Notes: generated by a model from the letters alone, not told the origin. Positions 39,578-53,642 are shown, counted from the stretch's first letter. The stretch is 64,000 bases of DNA from Chrysomallon squamiferum (GCA_012295275.1 CM022670.1:38874001-38938000); one strand, 5' to 3'. Translations and numbers: made by a program.

Positions 39578-42111
39578 TTTCATTCCTAGGCATGGTCGCA
39601 TTCTTTTTGTTTGAATAATGTCTGTGATCAAAACGTTTATTCATTAATGAGTATTGAATAATAATAATAATAATAAAAATAATAAATTAAAACAATTTCT
39701 ATGAATATTTTCAGTAAAAAAAAGTAATAATAATGATAATAAAGTCAATTCTATTGTATACTATTAAAATGAAAAATATGCTTTACTAGATTCAAATTAA
39801 AAAAAATAATATTCAATCCTTTAATGATTATATAATTTAAACTATTGTTATTGTTATTGTTATTTGTTATTATTATTATTATTTATTATTATTATTATTA
39901 TTATCATTATTATCATCATTATTCAATTTTAAACAAGTTTCGAAATTATGTAACAAAAGCAAGAACAGAAAAAGATTTATTAATATTCGTTTTAATTCGC
40001 AGTACATTTTCTTTCCCTCTTTCAGATTTTTCTCACTTTCTTTAAAACTTCCCTGCGTGACATGAATAGAAATAAACTTATTTCAACATCAAATACTTCT
40101 CTTTGCAAACTTTCAAATTCATGTAAAGAATTTAATCCTATTTGCGATTTTACATCTACTTAACCGACTTCAAAAAGCCAGCGAGTAAAATCGAACACAT
40201 TCTGTATACTTACAGAAGAGACAGGTCACGTGATATCCAGCGTTTTACTACGTTTTTTTCAAAATATTTTTATATATACAATAGCATCTTTTGTTTTAAT
40301 AACACAATATGGTTGTCAGAGCATGTTTTAGCAGATTCTCATCCCTTTCATAAACGTCTCTATCTCTATCAGTGCTAATGTATTTCTAGTGTACAAATCT
40401 AGAAAATAACACACGAGTAATGTGTTTAATGACGTAAGATATATTTAGATATTTAAATGATTATTAAGTGTTAAACATATGGCTTTTTTTGTGTGTGTGT
40501 AATGATGGCATCTGAAAGAAGAAATACGTTGTACGCAATCCATTAGCTTAATTAATCGATTAGACAAGATGTCTTCATTATGTGTTCTCCATGCACCTAC
40601 CATACCACGTGATAAACCAGTGGTCTGGAACGGGAAAGAAGGTAATTTAATATACCTACCGTGTCTCATTCAGTACTCTACAAATGACCTTTGAACAGCT
40701 ATATCTTACTCTATTTTTCTAAGTTCCGGGTAAAACTGGAAAGAACTAGATATTATTCAATAATATTCTTCTTCTTTTTTTTTTTTTTTTTAAAGTTAAT
40801 TGATAGAGACTATTCTTTTGATAATTTATTAATCAGATTACACAATGTATTCAGTAGTAATCTTTCTTTTGAAACATTTATGCGATTAAGTAATGTGTAT
40901 CAGTTTGATAATTCACGCTATATTTTTTTGTAGAAGTTCCTTTGAATTAAACCTTTTGACATTTATTTGTAATTTGATAAATACGTCGTATATACGTAAC
41001 TCGCTCGTAAACAAGAGTATACATTTACTTGATCTATTTTTGTTTGTTTGTTTATTTACTGTTTTACTTATTTAATTTATATTATTTTTATTATTATTAT
41101 TTTTTCTTTTTTTACTAATAATGTACACGATAAAGGCTTATATTTACGAAGCTATTTACAGCGTGTACATTTAATTAAATTAGATGTTTTTATTTAATTA
41201 ACTTTTTTTTTTTTTTTATTTAATTATTCCATTATCTTATGATATTATAACAGAACGAACGTGGTCTTGAAACATTTGCAAAAATTATTCAATTCATCAC
41301 ACGTCAGCATAGATGAAATACCGATAATAATAAAAAAAAAAAAATAAAAAAAATAGAACTTTTCCTGACGAATTTCCGTTTATTCAACTAAGGTTTGTCA
41401 GTGGATTCTCCTTATTTTGGGTGTGTCAAACGGGGATTGGCAATGAATTCTCCCTATTTTAGAGTTATGTAACATTTTATTATCATTCTCGTCACAATTC
41501 TTACATCAGTGACCAAGGAATGTCCCTCAGTTCTATCTCTTTCTCTCTTTGCACTTCGTTCATTTATACAAATATTTACGTTACACCCTTTTTGTAAAAA
41601 AACCCACTGAACAACAATGATAACGACTATTACAAACAACAACAACAACGCCAGTCAGTCAGACGATCAATCAATCAATCAAAAACCACTAGATCGAAGC
41701 GAAATAAATGAAAACTGTCAACTGAACAATTGATGGAGTTTGTCAGACTGTTCAGTAATTACGCCACGTGTTTTTAATTTTCATTTGTATCACCACGCAA
41801 TCAACAACAACAGCAAAGTTAATAGTAAAAAATAAAACTGAATTTATGATCTATTTTTGGCACCACAGCAGTCATTCATTTATACATTGGGATATTCTAT
41901 GCGTGTCTTTTTTTTTTTTTTTTTTTGTTTGTTTGATTTTTTTACTTCACGGACTCAAAAGTAGCAGCATGGTAGCGATAAACATACTTAAAATAACAAC
42001 AGCGCATGGCGTCTCTTTGAATTAGATGTCAGGTGACCTGCAACGCAATGGAAGAATAATATTGCAATATATCTTCCGGAAAGACGCAGACGTCTGGCAC
42101 CGTGCCAACAA

Positions 42112-42168
42112 CACGTGGTAGTCTTAATTGGTAAACAGTTCGACGCGCCTAGGCTACTCTGTATAAAA
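42112..42168 (+). promoter_or_regulatory. Putative core promoter of the 134-aa gene: E-box CACGTG (42112), forkhead-type GTAAACA (42131), TATAAAA (42162)
   Basis: Motifs cluster in a CpG-rich block ~480 bp upstream of the ATG. Confidence 0.45.
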
Positions 42169-42644
42169 ACGATCGTATGGAAGGATAGTGAGAGAGATAT
42201 TGATTTGGTCAACGTCTGATAAAAAAAAAACCAAATAAGTAAAAAAAAAAAAAATACAAAATCACACCGAGGTTAAGGAACTGATACAAAGACTGAAAGT
42301 TGTTTTTTTAACAACTTGCTAGAGGTTTCGTGTAAAACTGAAACGGCTGGATATCGAATTTGAAAAAGACAATAAAACGTCTTTTAAAACTGTCGCTGTT
42401 TTCACTGTTTGTTACGTACTAAAAATTTTTTTAAATAAATAAAATGAAAATACCTTTGAGTCAACGAAATAACATTAACAACTGGACGACTGGCGACATT
42501 GTGAACAATTAATCTAGTTGTTTTTAACGTTAAAAAAAAAAAAAAAAAATTCAAACGGCTCAGATTCAGAGATTGTATCAGGGTGGGTTTAACCCATCCA
42601 AAACCAAAGCACTGGCGCTGAAAGGAAAAGCCAACTTAACCAAA

Positions 42645-43049
42645 ATGTCTTCCGAATTCTACAGACAGGCGCTGCAAGACTTCTACAACGACAGTGACAC
42701 CAACGAACACGAAGATGACTTCGTCGTGACAAAATGTGTTCAGTCGGAGTCTAAAAAGGAGATGGCTCTAAAATTATTTAGACAAGATTCGTTGTCGAGA
42801 AAGGAATTCGATTCGGATCCGTCTCAAAGTGACGAAGAAGCGGAAAGTGATGAGCACGTACGAGTCAAGGAGAGTGAAAATGGCGCGTTTCTTTCCAGAA
42901 CCGAGGATGCGCAAAGACTTCAGCACATTCGCTGGGCAGACGACTGCCACAAAGAACTGTGCAGAGCAAATCCAAGGAAAAGATATGTACGACATCCGGG
43001 AAAATCCGTTCCTCTGAAATCGATTTTAAAAGTAATTCAAAGCCAGTGA
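42645..43049 (+). CDS. Intronless 134-aa acidic protein with PP1-docking-like motifs (HIRW RVxF-type, KSILK)
   Basis: First ATG in CAAAATG context at 42645 (the ORF-track start 42573 is TTG); GC-rich coding-like composition against AT-rich flanks; QHIRWADD and PLKSILKV motifs. Confidence 0.8.
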   Translation: MSSEFYRQALQDFYNDSDTNEHEDDFVVTKCVQSESKKEMALKLFRQDSLSRKEFDSDPSQSDEEAESDEHVRVKESENGAFLSRTEDAQRLQHIRWADDCHKELCRANPRKRYVRHPGKSVPLKSILKVIQSQ

Positions 43050-44626
43050 ATAGCTTCGAACCGAATTCGCATTTCAATTAATTGGATTTTAAGTTCAGAA
43101 ACTAGAGAGAAAGGTAAAGAGATAATTATCTCAAGATAAAATACAACGAAGAAGAAGAAGATAAAACAGAAACTGATTCCAGTTTGAAAAGACAAAATGG
43201 AGATAAAATCAAGAAAAGCTAGAAAAGCAGAAGAAGAAAAAGAAAAAAAATGAGAGAAATAAAAAGAGAGACTTAAAAACAAAGAGAAGAAAAACAGACA
43301 GACAGACGGTCAGAAAAAAAGAAAAGAAAAGAAAAAAAGATTCCAGTTAGATGATGTATTGCAGATGAAGCAGGCGGAATCAGAACCAGGAGTTTCATTT
43401 CAAACACCGACGTCCACGACAACAGCTCAGTTGAAAATTTTCGACATTCAGCTACGCAATAACTGAAAGAAGATTTAGTTTTCGTGTTTAGTTTTTCAGT
43501 TTTAACCGACAACGAGCAGGTTTTTTTTTAGAAATTCGACACAGCTACTGCTCTAGAATGTTCTACCTCTGTGTAAACTGAACTAACGGGTAGACTGGAT
43601 TTCGACGATTTGTAAAACGATTCTTACGATTGCTGGTGCTATTTTAACTATATATCGGTAATATTTATAATTTAGTTACAGATTTATGTGTAGTTTATTA
43701 GAATTTATTAGCTTTTTATTCTATTCATGTGTATTCATTCTGTTTTATATGTAGTTTATGAGAATGTATTAGCTACTTATTCTATTCATATACACTTGTT
43801 CTGTTGAAATTTTTGATGAATGTCTTTTAAATGTTTAGATTATTTTGTTGACCAGGTATTAAAATAATCGGTTTATTTTATTTTTTATTTATTTATTTTG
43901 TTGATTTGATTTCGTCAAATTCTGTTTGATAATTAATTTAGAAAAAGTAATTAAAAAAAATAAAAAAAATATTCACATGTTAATTTTCTTTATCTGTAGT
44001 AAGTACTACATACATAAAGAGGACAGTTTTTTTAATTTTTTAATTTTTTAATTTTTTTTAATTTTCAATTACTGTGATAACTGTTATTTTTATTTATAAA
44101 AGAAATTGTTTCAAATAAATGTATTTCACTGCGAATTAATTTTCTTTGTTTTCTTATTCATATTTTTCTATCTGTCTGATTGTCATTTGCCTGTAGAATG
44201 TACTTATCTACCAACCAAAATGTCTGTCTCTCAGTCTGTCTGTCTGTGTATCACAAAATTAATATTCATACATTTTTTTTATGAAGATAGTTTTTAAACG
44301 TCCTTGATTGAAAAAGAACTTAACAAACAAACAAAACAGAAAGTTAATGAATGCTTTTATTATAATATTTTATTACATTTCAAATTTCGTTTTTTTTTTT
44401 ATAAAATGAAAATATGTATTTATGGGCGAGTATGTGAAAGAACGATGAAGTATCTATATCTACACACACACACACACGCACGCACGCACGCATGCACACA
44501 CACGAGAAATAAATAAATGTTACCAATGTATATGTTTAACACAGAGAATCCGTTTCTGGGTGCGTGTATGTTTAGTATGTTTGTACACATTAATCCAAGA
44601 CATCATCTTTATTGTTTCACCATCTA

Positions 44627-44627
<1 letters not shown>

Positions 44628-44693
<66 letters not shown>
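44628..44693. repeat. (CA)n microsatellite
   Basis: Read directly. Confidence 0.95.
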
Positions 44694-44694
<1 letters not shown>

Positions 44695-45738
44695 TCACAG
44701 TGATTCGATAAAAAGCGTTGAAGACGTTAAACAAAAACACGACCGTCAAGAAAAGATGATCTTGACCGCAATATCTGGTTACACGAAGTTTTAAGAGGTG
44801 TCAAAATAGTCAAACTCAAGGCCGACTGATATCAGAGATCAAAGTTTAAAGTATTGAAATCTCGGTAACCAAAGTCCTCTTCTGTTAAAATGTGACAACG
44901 TGTTAACAATACAGTTTGATTGACAGATACCAGAACAAATGCAAGAATGATGGAAGTACAGAAAATATATTTAAACTATTAATTATTTCATTGTTGCACA
45001 GAACCACTTTAAAAATATTTTCGTCAAGACATCATGCAACGTATCAGATCTTTAATGAAAGAAATGTCAAGATGAGCATTAAAATAAATTTGTATACATT
45101 CGTATCATTTAGGTGTTAATTTATTTCAGCAAGTATCATAAAACAGTAAACAGACTTCTATATAATAATAATTTCAGCTGATGAATAAAGGAACAACATA
45201 CTCATGTATAATAGTTTTCCGGTAATCGGTGCTGCTTGAAAAAAATGCCCGTGATAAAGTTGCTTCATGTTTCAGCGTTACTAATGCTTTGTGTATGGGA
45301 TCAAAATTATTCTAAGGCTAGTTTGATGATGGATTAATATTATATATATAAATATATATATATGTATATGTATATGTATATGCCCTTCTTCTTATCCATC
45401 CATCCATGATTTTAACATTCTCATACACTCTATGTGCTTTTTAAACAGGTGACTGGTTCACCTAAGGTAAGTTACATAATTCTGGGGAGAATTACACCAG
45501 AGGGAAAATAAAAAGAAGATGACATAAAACATAAGAAAACAATCGCGTGGTGAACGACATTTTGTAATAAATACTCAAAGGTGAATGACACTGAAATATT
45601 TTAGAAGCGCCGATCTTCTATACTTTGTTAATGCAGCATAATGGAATTCACATTTCGGAGACGTTGATATGTACGATAATCAATCACAGTTTTAGACTAA
45701 GAGCTTTAATGCTGTTTATTATTGCGATCGTTGAACAC

Positions 45739-45776
<38 letters not shown>

Positions 45777-46319
45777 TAAAATAAATAAATAAATAAATAA
45801 ATAAAATAAATTAACAAAAAAAATCAGAGCCTGATTTGATAAATCTTAATAAAAGATATGAAGAAACAAACCTTTCCCCACTGGAAAAATCCTCTGCTCA
45901 AATGTAACCCCCCTCCCCCAATTTATTTATTTATGAATTATATTTTTCTTATTCACTATAAATAATGTTACATTACACAAAGAAAGGGTATTGCTTTTCA
46001 ATGGATTTTTGTTGTTTTTTTTGTTTTGTTTTTTCCTTCTTCAGAATGATGACCTCTCTCCAGGAGGGGATCTCAGCTCTGTGGGGTGTATTTCCGTATT
46101 CTGATAAAAGAAAAAAAAAAGTCTTTGTACATATAAAACAAAAATTCCAATATTGTTCCTCAAGATCGCTGACTTATATAAAATGAAAAGCTGAAGTATT
46201 AAAGCTTATCTGATAAAGCGTATGAAATCATGGACCAACGCAGAAAGGTCACCTGGTGAAAACAAATTGATGTATCCAACGGAAAATTGATCATGTATCC
46301 TGATTTTGATTTCACGGTT

Positions 46320-46800
46320 AAGTAGTGGTAGTGGTAGTGGTTGTAATAGTAGTAGTAGTAGTAGTAACAGCAGTCGTAGCAATAGTAGAAGTAATGGTAA
46401 TAATCGCGATAGTGATGGTTATGGAAGTGGTAGTAATAGTAGTAGTAGTTGTAATAGTTCTAGTAGTAGTAGTAGTAGTAGAAGTAATGCTGAACGTAAT
46501 GGGACCTGGAAGTGGTGGTGATAGTAGTAGTATAAATTAGCGGTTGCAGCTGTGGTCGTAGTAGTAGTAGTAGTAGTAGTAGAAGTAATGCTGAAGGTAA
46601 TGGTTTTATGAAGTGGTGGTGATAGCAGTAGTAGTATAAATTAGCGGTTGTAGTTGTAGTGGTAGTAGTAGTAGTAGTAGTAGTAGTAGAAGTAATGCTG
46701 AAGATAATGGTTGTGGAAGTGGTGGTAGTAGTTGTAGTAGTATTATTAAGTTTTAGTAGTATGTATTAGTAGTGTTAAGTATTAGTATAATAATAGTATA
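46320..46800. repeat. (AGT)n-rich low-complexity tract with three ~100-bp higher-order units
   Basis: agtagtagaagtaatgctgaa...gaagtggtggt recurs near 46475, 46575 and 46685. Confidence 0.85.
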
Positions 46801-47613
46801 AATTGTAGTAGAGTAGATACAGTAATGTTACTGAAATCGAGAAGTCGTAACTGTATGATATACATCAATAACAGTAAATTATTAATATAAAAATAATATG
46901 ATAGGCGACATATAAAGAATTCACAGATGTATAAATAAATACACTGTAATACGTTATTCAAACGCTAGCTGTGAATTTGATATTTATGTCAAGTTCTTTG
47001 ACAAAAACGAGGACGGGAATCTCGCGTACGCTTCCAAACAAAAGATATCAAAACTAAATATGTACGTTATTATGCCACGTTCGTGCGGAATACAAAGACT
47101 AAACGGGTAGGTATAATTGAGAAGTTATAACCAGCAAGTCAGCGATATCTGTACGTACAAGTGTATACTTTGAAATAGTGAAAAAGAAAACTATTCAGCT
47201 GCCTGTATGAAAAGGTATAATATACACATAACGATACTATTAGGAGAAAATAATTGTTTTGATGTTTAAATACAGAAATAGCCGGAGCCGCTAAATCTCT
47301 TCATTGTGGTAATGATTGATGTATGTACGATATAACGTGAGCCGATATTGATCCGATGTGACCTCGAACTATTTTTATTTTTATATATATATTTTTTTAA
47401 AAACCCATTGTGAAAAATAATAATAAAGATATTGATATCTGTAATGCGGTATCAACACGTTTTAAGATTGTGTGGTTCTTGTTAGGTTTTTGCTGCTGAG
47501 GTTATATCTGAAATATATAACATCAATTAACGATTGTATTATAGATTCGTGTAGTTTCGCTAGCTAGCGCGTCTCTTATTTCAGTATACGTTACAAAAGA
47601 AAATACGGATGGT

Positions 47614-47616
<3 letters not shown>

Positions 47617-47691
<75 letters not shown>

Positions 47692-47838
47692 ACGACGTAT
47701 AAAGACAGATCTGAAAGGGGAGGGGCATAAAGAGAGAAAGACAAAGACAGAAAAAGAGATAGCTATATAAATAACTGGACAGAATGAAACTGAGAGAGAC
47801 AATCAGAACGATATATTGTACGTGAATGTCTATATATA

Positions 47839-47876
<38 letters not shown>

Positions 47877-47960
47877 GATAGATAGATAGATAGATAGACA
47901 GACATAGATAGATGGACAGATAGACAAACAAACTGATTTACAGTCAGACAGACAGACAGA
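47617..47960. repeat. Compound microsatellite (GA)n, (TG)n, (TA)n, (GATA)n/(GACA)n
   Basis: Read directly. Confidence 0.9.
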
Positions 47961-48703
47961 TTTATTCGTCATTATACTTTTGTTATGAAATATAGGTACG
48001 GCACTGGCGGCGGCTATGGAGTACATTTTTTACGAGGATCTTTAAACGCCTGCGCAATGATACTAAGTGTCGCCCCCTACATTAATGAAACAAGTCATGA
48101 ATTCCAATAAAAAAACCACACCCATTTAAACAGTGGGCAACAGGAATAAATTTCGAGTTTATTCAGAGCGAACGTGTGTAAGCGCATTCAGAAGATTAAG
48201 GAGAGACATGTGTACGAAGGAAGATTTTGATTATTGTGCAAATTGCACGGGATTAAATGCAAATCCCACATCAAAGCCGAACTTGGCACTGTCTCCTAGC
48301 ACTCATGTGAATGAAATTCAAAATACTCCCAAACATTTTTTTTTTATTATTATTATTATTTTTTTTTTTTCACTGCCATTGATTTGTCATGGCTTTATAA
48401 TCCAAGCAGGATTATTATATAATCTGGATCTGTCGGTAAAATGGTTTCATTTCTGTTTCACTCGCGAACTGTTTCTCGTTGGTTTTGTTATTGGATTTCT
48501 TCACATTCATATTTACAATACCTTTTTGTTATTTTTCGTCCTTTCATTTCTTTTATATCAGAAAGGTCCCGTCGAAAGAAAATCTATTTATAACTCTAGC
48601 CGTTTTGGCAAGAATTTTCGCTTAAAAATAAAATATTTATTATGAAAAACAAATATATATATATATATTTCATAAACGAGTTAAGTTTTAGGGGATTTAT
48701 AAA

Positions 48704-48705
<2 letters not shown>

Positions 48706-48766
<61 letters not shown>

Positions 48767-48784
48767 TATATATATATATATATA
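48706..48784. repeat. (TA)n microsatellite
   Basis: Read directly. Confidence 0.95.
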
Positions 48785-50538
48785 AAAAGAAAAATATAAG
48801 TACAGACACGACAAAATATGTAAAAAAATAGTTTTGCACTATAAGCGAGAAACTAAAACGCATTTTGAAGCACTGCATATATTAAGCAGAAAATATTAAT
48901 AAAAACATTTCAAGAAGTAAACTTGAAATGCTTTTGAAATACACTTATGATACCTCTAATTATAATAATAAAAATACTATTAAAGAAACACAATTATAGT
49001 GATAGCCTCAAAAATACCAAAAACAACAACAAAACAAAAAACACAGACATACAAAAAAAAAACCAAATATTTTTTTATAATGTTTTTATTATTTATTTAT
49101 TTATTATCGATATTTGTATTTTTTTTATTTTATTATTTTTTGTTTTTTTTAATAAAGATATCTCAATGAATATCTGGATACAAATATAAAAGAATGTTTA
49201 TTATAAAAACAGATTATAATACAACACTAGCTGACATATTAAAACTGAAACACATAACTCAAAAAAAGTATAAACACATTATGAGTAACACTTCAGACAA
49301 ATTTTACAAAGAAACGAAGAATAAATATTATGCACTGTTTTTTGGTGTTTTTTTAAAATACTTTCAATGAATGCCAATTATTTTTATTATTATTTATCAA
49401 ACGACATTATAAAAAACAAATGATAAAAAATATAATATCAACATTTTAAAATCATATTCACAACTGATTCAGGGCTTCAGAAAAAAACAAGGATGTGCCA
49501 TAATTATGAAAAAAAAAAAAAAAGTTTAATTTTAATAGAAAGAGAAACAAAAATCAACTAACAAAAAATATACTGGCGTTCGACATTCTCCTTGATTTCA
49601 AGCGATATTACAAAATTCAGCAGTCAATATTAGTCTTGTATTTGCTCTAAATTAGGTCAACACTATTAATATGTCTGCGTGGATTAATTTAGTTCTGAAA
49701 GAGATACTATTTTCTATAAAACAAGGGTCATTAATCTGACAGTCTTGAAGTTAATTATGAACTTAGTCTATTGACTTTGAACCTATAGATGATTACGACC
49801 TTTTAAAAGAGTCTGGCAAAAACTCAAATGTTTCTAATTTAAGTAAAGTTTTGTTAAAGCATGCAGGTTGTATTTACAAGTAAGTAATTCATGTGGGTGT
49901 TTTTTTTTTTTTTTTATACTGAACAACTCCTTGAAAATCTAGAATGTTTGTTTTATCTGAAAATTACATCTTATGTATATATGCTTCTATTTAAAAAAAA
50001 TATGTAAATAAATAAAGAAAAAAATTAAGACAAAAAAGAAAACATAAAATAAAATATAAATAAATAACCTTACAAAAACAGAAAAAATTAACTTGTGTTC
50101 TAATGTATACATATAAATATATAAATTAAATTATCATATTTACAAAATTAAGTAGATATATAATATTTTTTAATGTTTTATACATTATTATTTTTTAAAT
50201 TTTATTACATTTTTTAATATAATGACAAATGACACTGACTCTAAACAATTATATATTTTCATGTACAAACCAATTCAAAAATCAAAAAAAATATAAAAAA
50301 ACATCTTTGATTTTATGGATTAAGGCTTTAAACTATGGCAGGAATATACTGTAATGTAAAAATAAAGGCTGTACTTAAGGCAAAATTTAAACATGCACAC
50401 ACACAAACATACAGACACAAGACACACGTGCAAAATGTAACAAGTGATATAAACAGATTTCAAAATAACAAACCACTATCAAAATATTAATGTTATTTAC
50501 ATCAATTATTATTAATTTAACTGTAACAAGCTACAAAA

Positions 50539-50766
50539 TTTCAGATCCATTAAACTATTCTTCTAGTGCTTATATAAAAAAGTATGCCTACTGTCACAAG
50601 AATTCAGATCCATTAAACTACTCTTCTAGTTATTATATAAAAAATGTCTACTGTGACAAGAATTCAGATCAATTAAACAATACTTCTAGTTATATAAAAT
50701 GTATGTCTACTGTGACAAGAATTCAGATAAATTAAACTATTCTTCTCGTGATTAAATAAAATGTAT
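50539..50766. repeat. Minisatellite, ~60-62 bp unit x ~3.7
   Basis: ttcagatccattaaactattcttctagt...tataaaa.gtatgtctactgtgacaagaa repeated head-to-tail. Confidence 0.9.
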
Positions 50767-51670
50767 GTGGTATTAGCCTATTCAGGAGTCACTGTGAGAG
50801 AAACCAGCTGATTGTGTGACCCCAGGACAGATGTGCATGAACTCTCAACTAAATAAAAAAACATTTGAAATTATTAACTGAATGACTACATGTCATAAAT
50901 AGAGAGCAGTTATAAACTAAATTAAATTAACATAGACAAAGAAATTCTTGACGTTTGCATGCATTTTCTTGATTCAGCTAATAGTTATTACAGTGAATTA
51001 TGTATTTACTTATAAAGTGACATCTCTTTCAAATATGTAACATAAATATATCTTGTTACCAATTTAAAATAATACTAAAATAATAATAATAATCATCATA
51101 TATATAACATAACCCAAATTTTATTCGTAAATTAATACTTAAAATCAGACAGGCTAAAAAAGACAACAACCTTCCCCACCCTAAAAAAACAACAAAAAAC
51201 CCCACCTAGAACATTTTACATTTGTATATTTTAACAAAAGGCACTAAGCAGCATCTTACAAATCAATGGGTCACATATAATATACATATGAAATTAAACT
51301 ATCATAAAATGCCCATAAAACTGAACTGATGTACTTTCAGTAATTTCATAAAGGGAGATAATATCCAAGGCCTCCTATATATATTGTGCAATATTTTATA
51401 ATTAAAAAATCTGGTTAAAGATTTTCTGTTCTGCTATCTTTCATACAGTTGACAAAATGTTTTACAAAACTGCCTGATTACCGTTTTTTTCTAAGATCCA
51501 AATATCAGACAAAAATGGTGGATCTGTGGCAACTGCTGAAGAATTAATTTTGGATTAATGCTTCTAAGACAGTTTATTATTAACAAATGACAGAAATATG
51601 AAAGATGAGTATAAAACATTTTAAGTGACCACAGCTTGATAATGTCATGGAGTGATATTAACTGATTTTA

Positions 51671-51714
<44 letters not shown>

Positions 51715-53551
51715 AAAAAAATAAATAAATAAATAAAACAAATAAAAAATTCTTCCAAAGCACTTTTTGTTTGTTTCATTTTCTTAACAACAATTACTAA
51801 TATCATAAATTAATACCAGAGTCCTTTCATTTTAATATTCATTTATAATACATAATTACAAATAAAAATTGTAGAGAAATGAGATTTTGATGTATTCTTG
51901 AGCATGAAATAAAATAATTAAATGAAAACGTTTTAGTAGGAATAAAAATGAAAGAACTCACAAATAAATAATATATCAAAGAAACCTGCAGATTCAAAAT
52001 GTCACAAAATGTTATGATAAACAGATATTTTTGGCAGATACATCATTAATATTTACCAGCACAACGCTATCTATAAAAATCTATTTAAAAACTAAAATGT
52101 CTTTATCCACCCTTCAAAATTATTATAAAATTATACTTCTGTTTGATAAAAAAACACCCAGATAAAACGAACAACTGACAGTACAAAATGTGAAATATCA
52201 CAAAAGGCTGGAAGTCAGGGCACATAGAAAATTATGACTTTTCAATTGTTGTTATATTTTGTTTATGAACAGCAACCTTTGCTAAACATAAAGTACAATG
52301 ACGTATCATGAATCATTTTTTAATTCTATCAAAACTGACGTCAAGAATGCCTAAAAACAAAAATAATTTATTTATCAGATACCATACTGTTTACTGCATG
52401 CCTGTTATATTACTGGCATACTTCATTATTAAAAAAGAATGGTAGACGCAAACATTATGTAAAATCTTTTTCTAAAAAGCACACAAAGTGAATACAGGCT
52501 GTTTGTTAATATTGTTTGAGGACACTTCAAATGATAACATGAAAATGGGCCTGTCTGAGGCCAAAATCAACACAAGAGGTTCTTTCGAAAGCAATATAAT
52601 TATGCAACTACATCAAACATTATATTTACATTTTACTCAAATATGTGTATAATGCATAACTGTTATCCATAAATGTCTAGACTCTTAAACAACAGCTTCT
52701 ATTTATTATTGCTTGCATATTTACCTACTCGAATGAGAGAAGTCTGTGCATAGAGAAATAAATTATTCTGCGATTGCAGGTTTGTTTTCTAGCAGTCCTG
52801 TTATGAAGCAAGACATGTAAAACTACTGAACCAGTGACAGATATAAAATACGGTATTTAAACTCAAGAGACAAACACTTCAAATTAAGGCTTGAAAGTCA
52901 GCAAATAAATACTTGAAATACATTAGTTACAAATACCTTATCACATCAAAGTCTTTGTCAGAAATAAACATCACTGGAACTGTTGTTCTAAGTAATAACT
53001 CATGCACATGCCTACACACACACTCACACACACCTACAGCCACACCCATAATGACCCATACACAGACCTGTGTACGCTTGGACATACTTCTGTACATGCA
53101 TGCATCTGTTTGTTACATAAATACATTTTAATAACAGATACCCTTCGTTAATAATAGCCACGCACCTGAAACAAATATTGACTTTAAAAATGAAAAATAC
53201 TGTGTTCATCATCCCTTTATATATTTTTAAATTCCACAAACTCTTCTTACAAAGGTACACACCATCCCACACTGCAAATGATTAACACATATTTAACTCA
53301 CGTCACTTGATAATTTTTTCCTTAGAAAAATAAATTCACGAGTGAGTTAGAAAAATGGACGGTTGCCTGTGCATACAGTGAGTATAGAACTAGATGGTAG
53401 AAATATCACAGTGTATTTATTTATCACAGATGTGTTGTAAGTTATATACGAATGGCTGGGTGCAAAGGGGCACTGTAGAGGAGTGGGTGATGCACTAATC
53501 TACAGCAAGGAAGCTGGATGTTTGGCTGACTCAGTCAGTCATGGAGTAAAG

Positions 53552-53642
53552 TCAAGCGGTGGATTCTCCCATGTGGACTTTGCGTCTTGTTTTGCTGGTT
53601 CTCGAGCCAGAGTCCGAATCATCCTTTCGTCCTTTCTGAACT
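53552..53642 (-). CDS. AHI1: AHI1 terminal coding exon (RVQKGRKDDSDSGSRTSKTRRKVHMGESTA*)
   Basis: tttcactcag acceptor, phase 2 in, TGA at 53554-53552. Confidence 0.8.

Noticed and set aside
42573-42644. N-terminal 24 codons of the 158-aa ORF
   Set aside because: Starts at TTG; the first ATG in good context is 42645.
46306-46540. Poly-Ser and poly-Val ORFs
   Set aside because: Produced by the (AGT)n tract; no splice or start context.
48133-48645. 170-aa ORF
   Set aside because: GTG start, runs through poly-T/(ATT)n tracts, no recognisable motif.
50539-50766. CRISPR-like periodicity
   Set aside because: Whole units repeat with no unique spacers, no cas genes, eukaryotic context.
53531-53554. 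Stop readthrough or selenocysteine at the AHI1 TGA
   Set aside because: Context is TGA-CTT, only 6 codons precede the next stop, and no SECIS was recognised.
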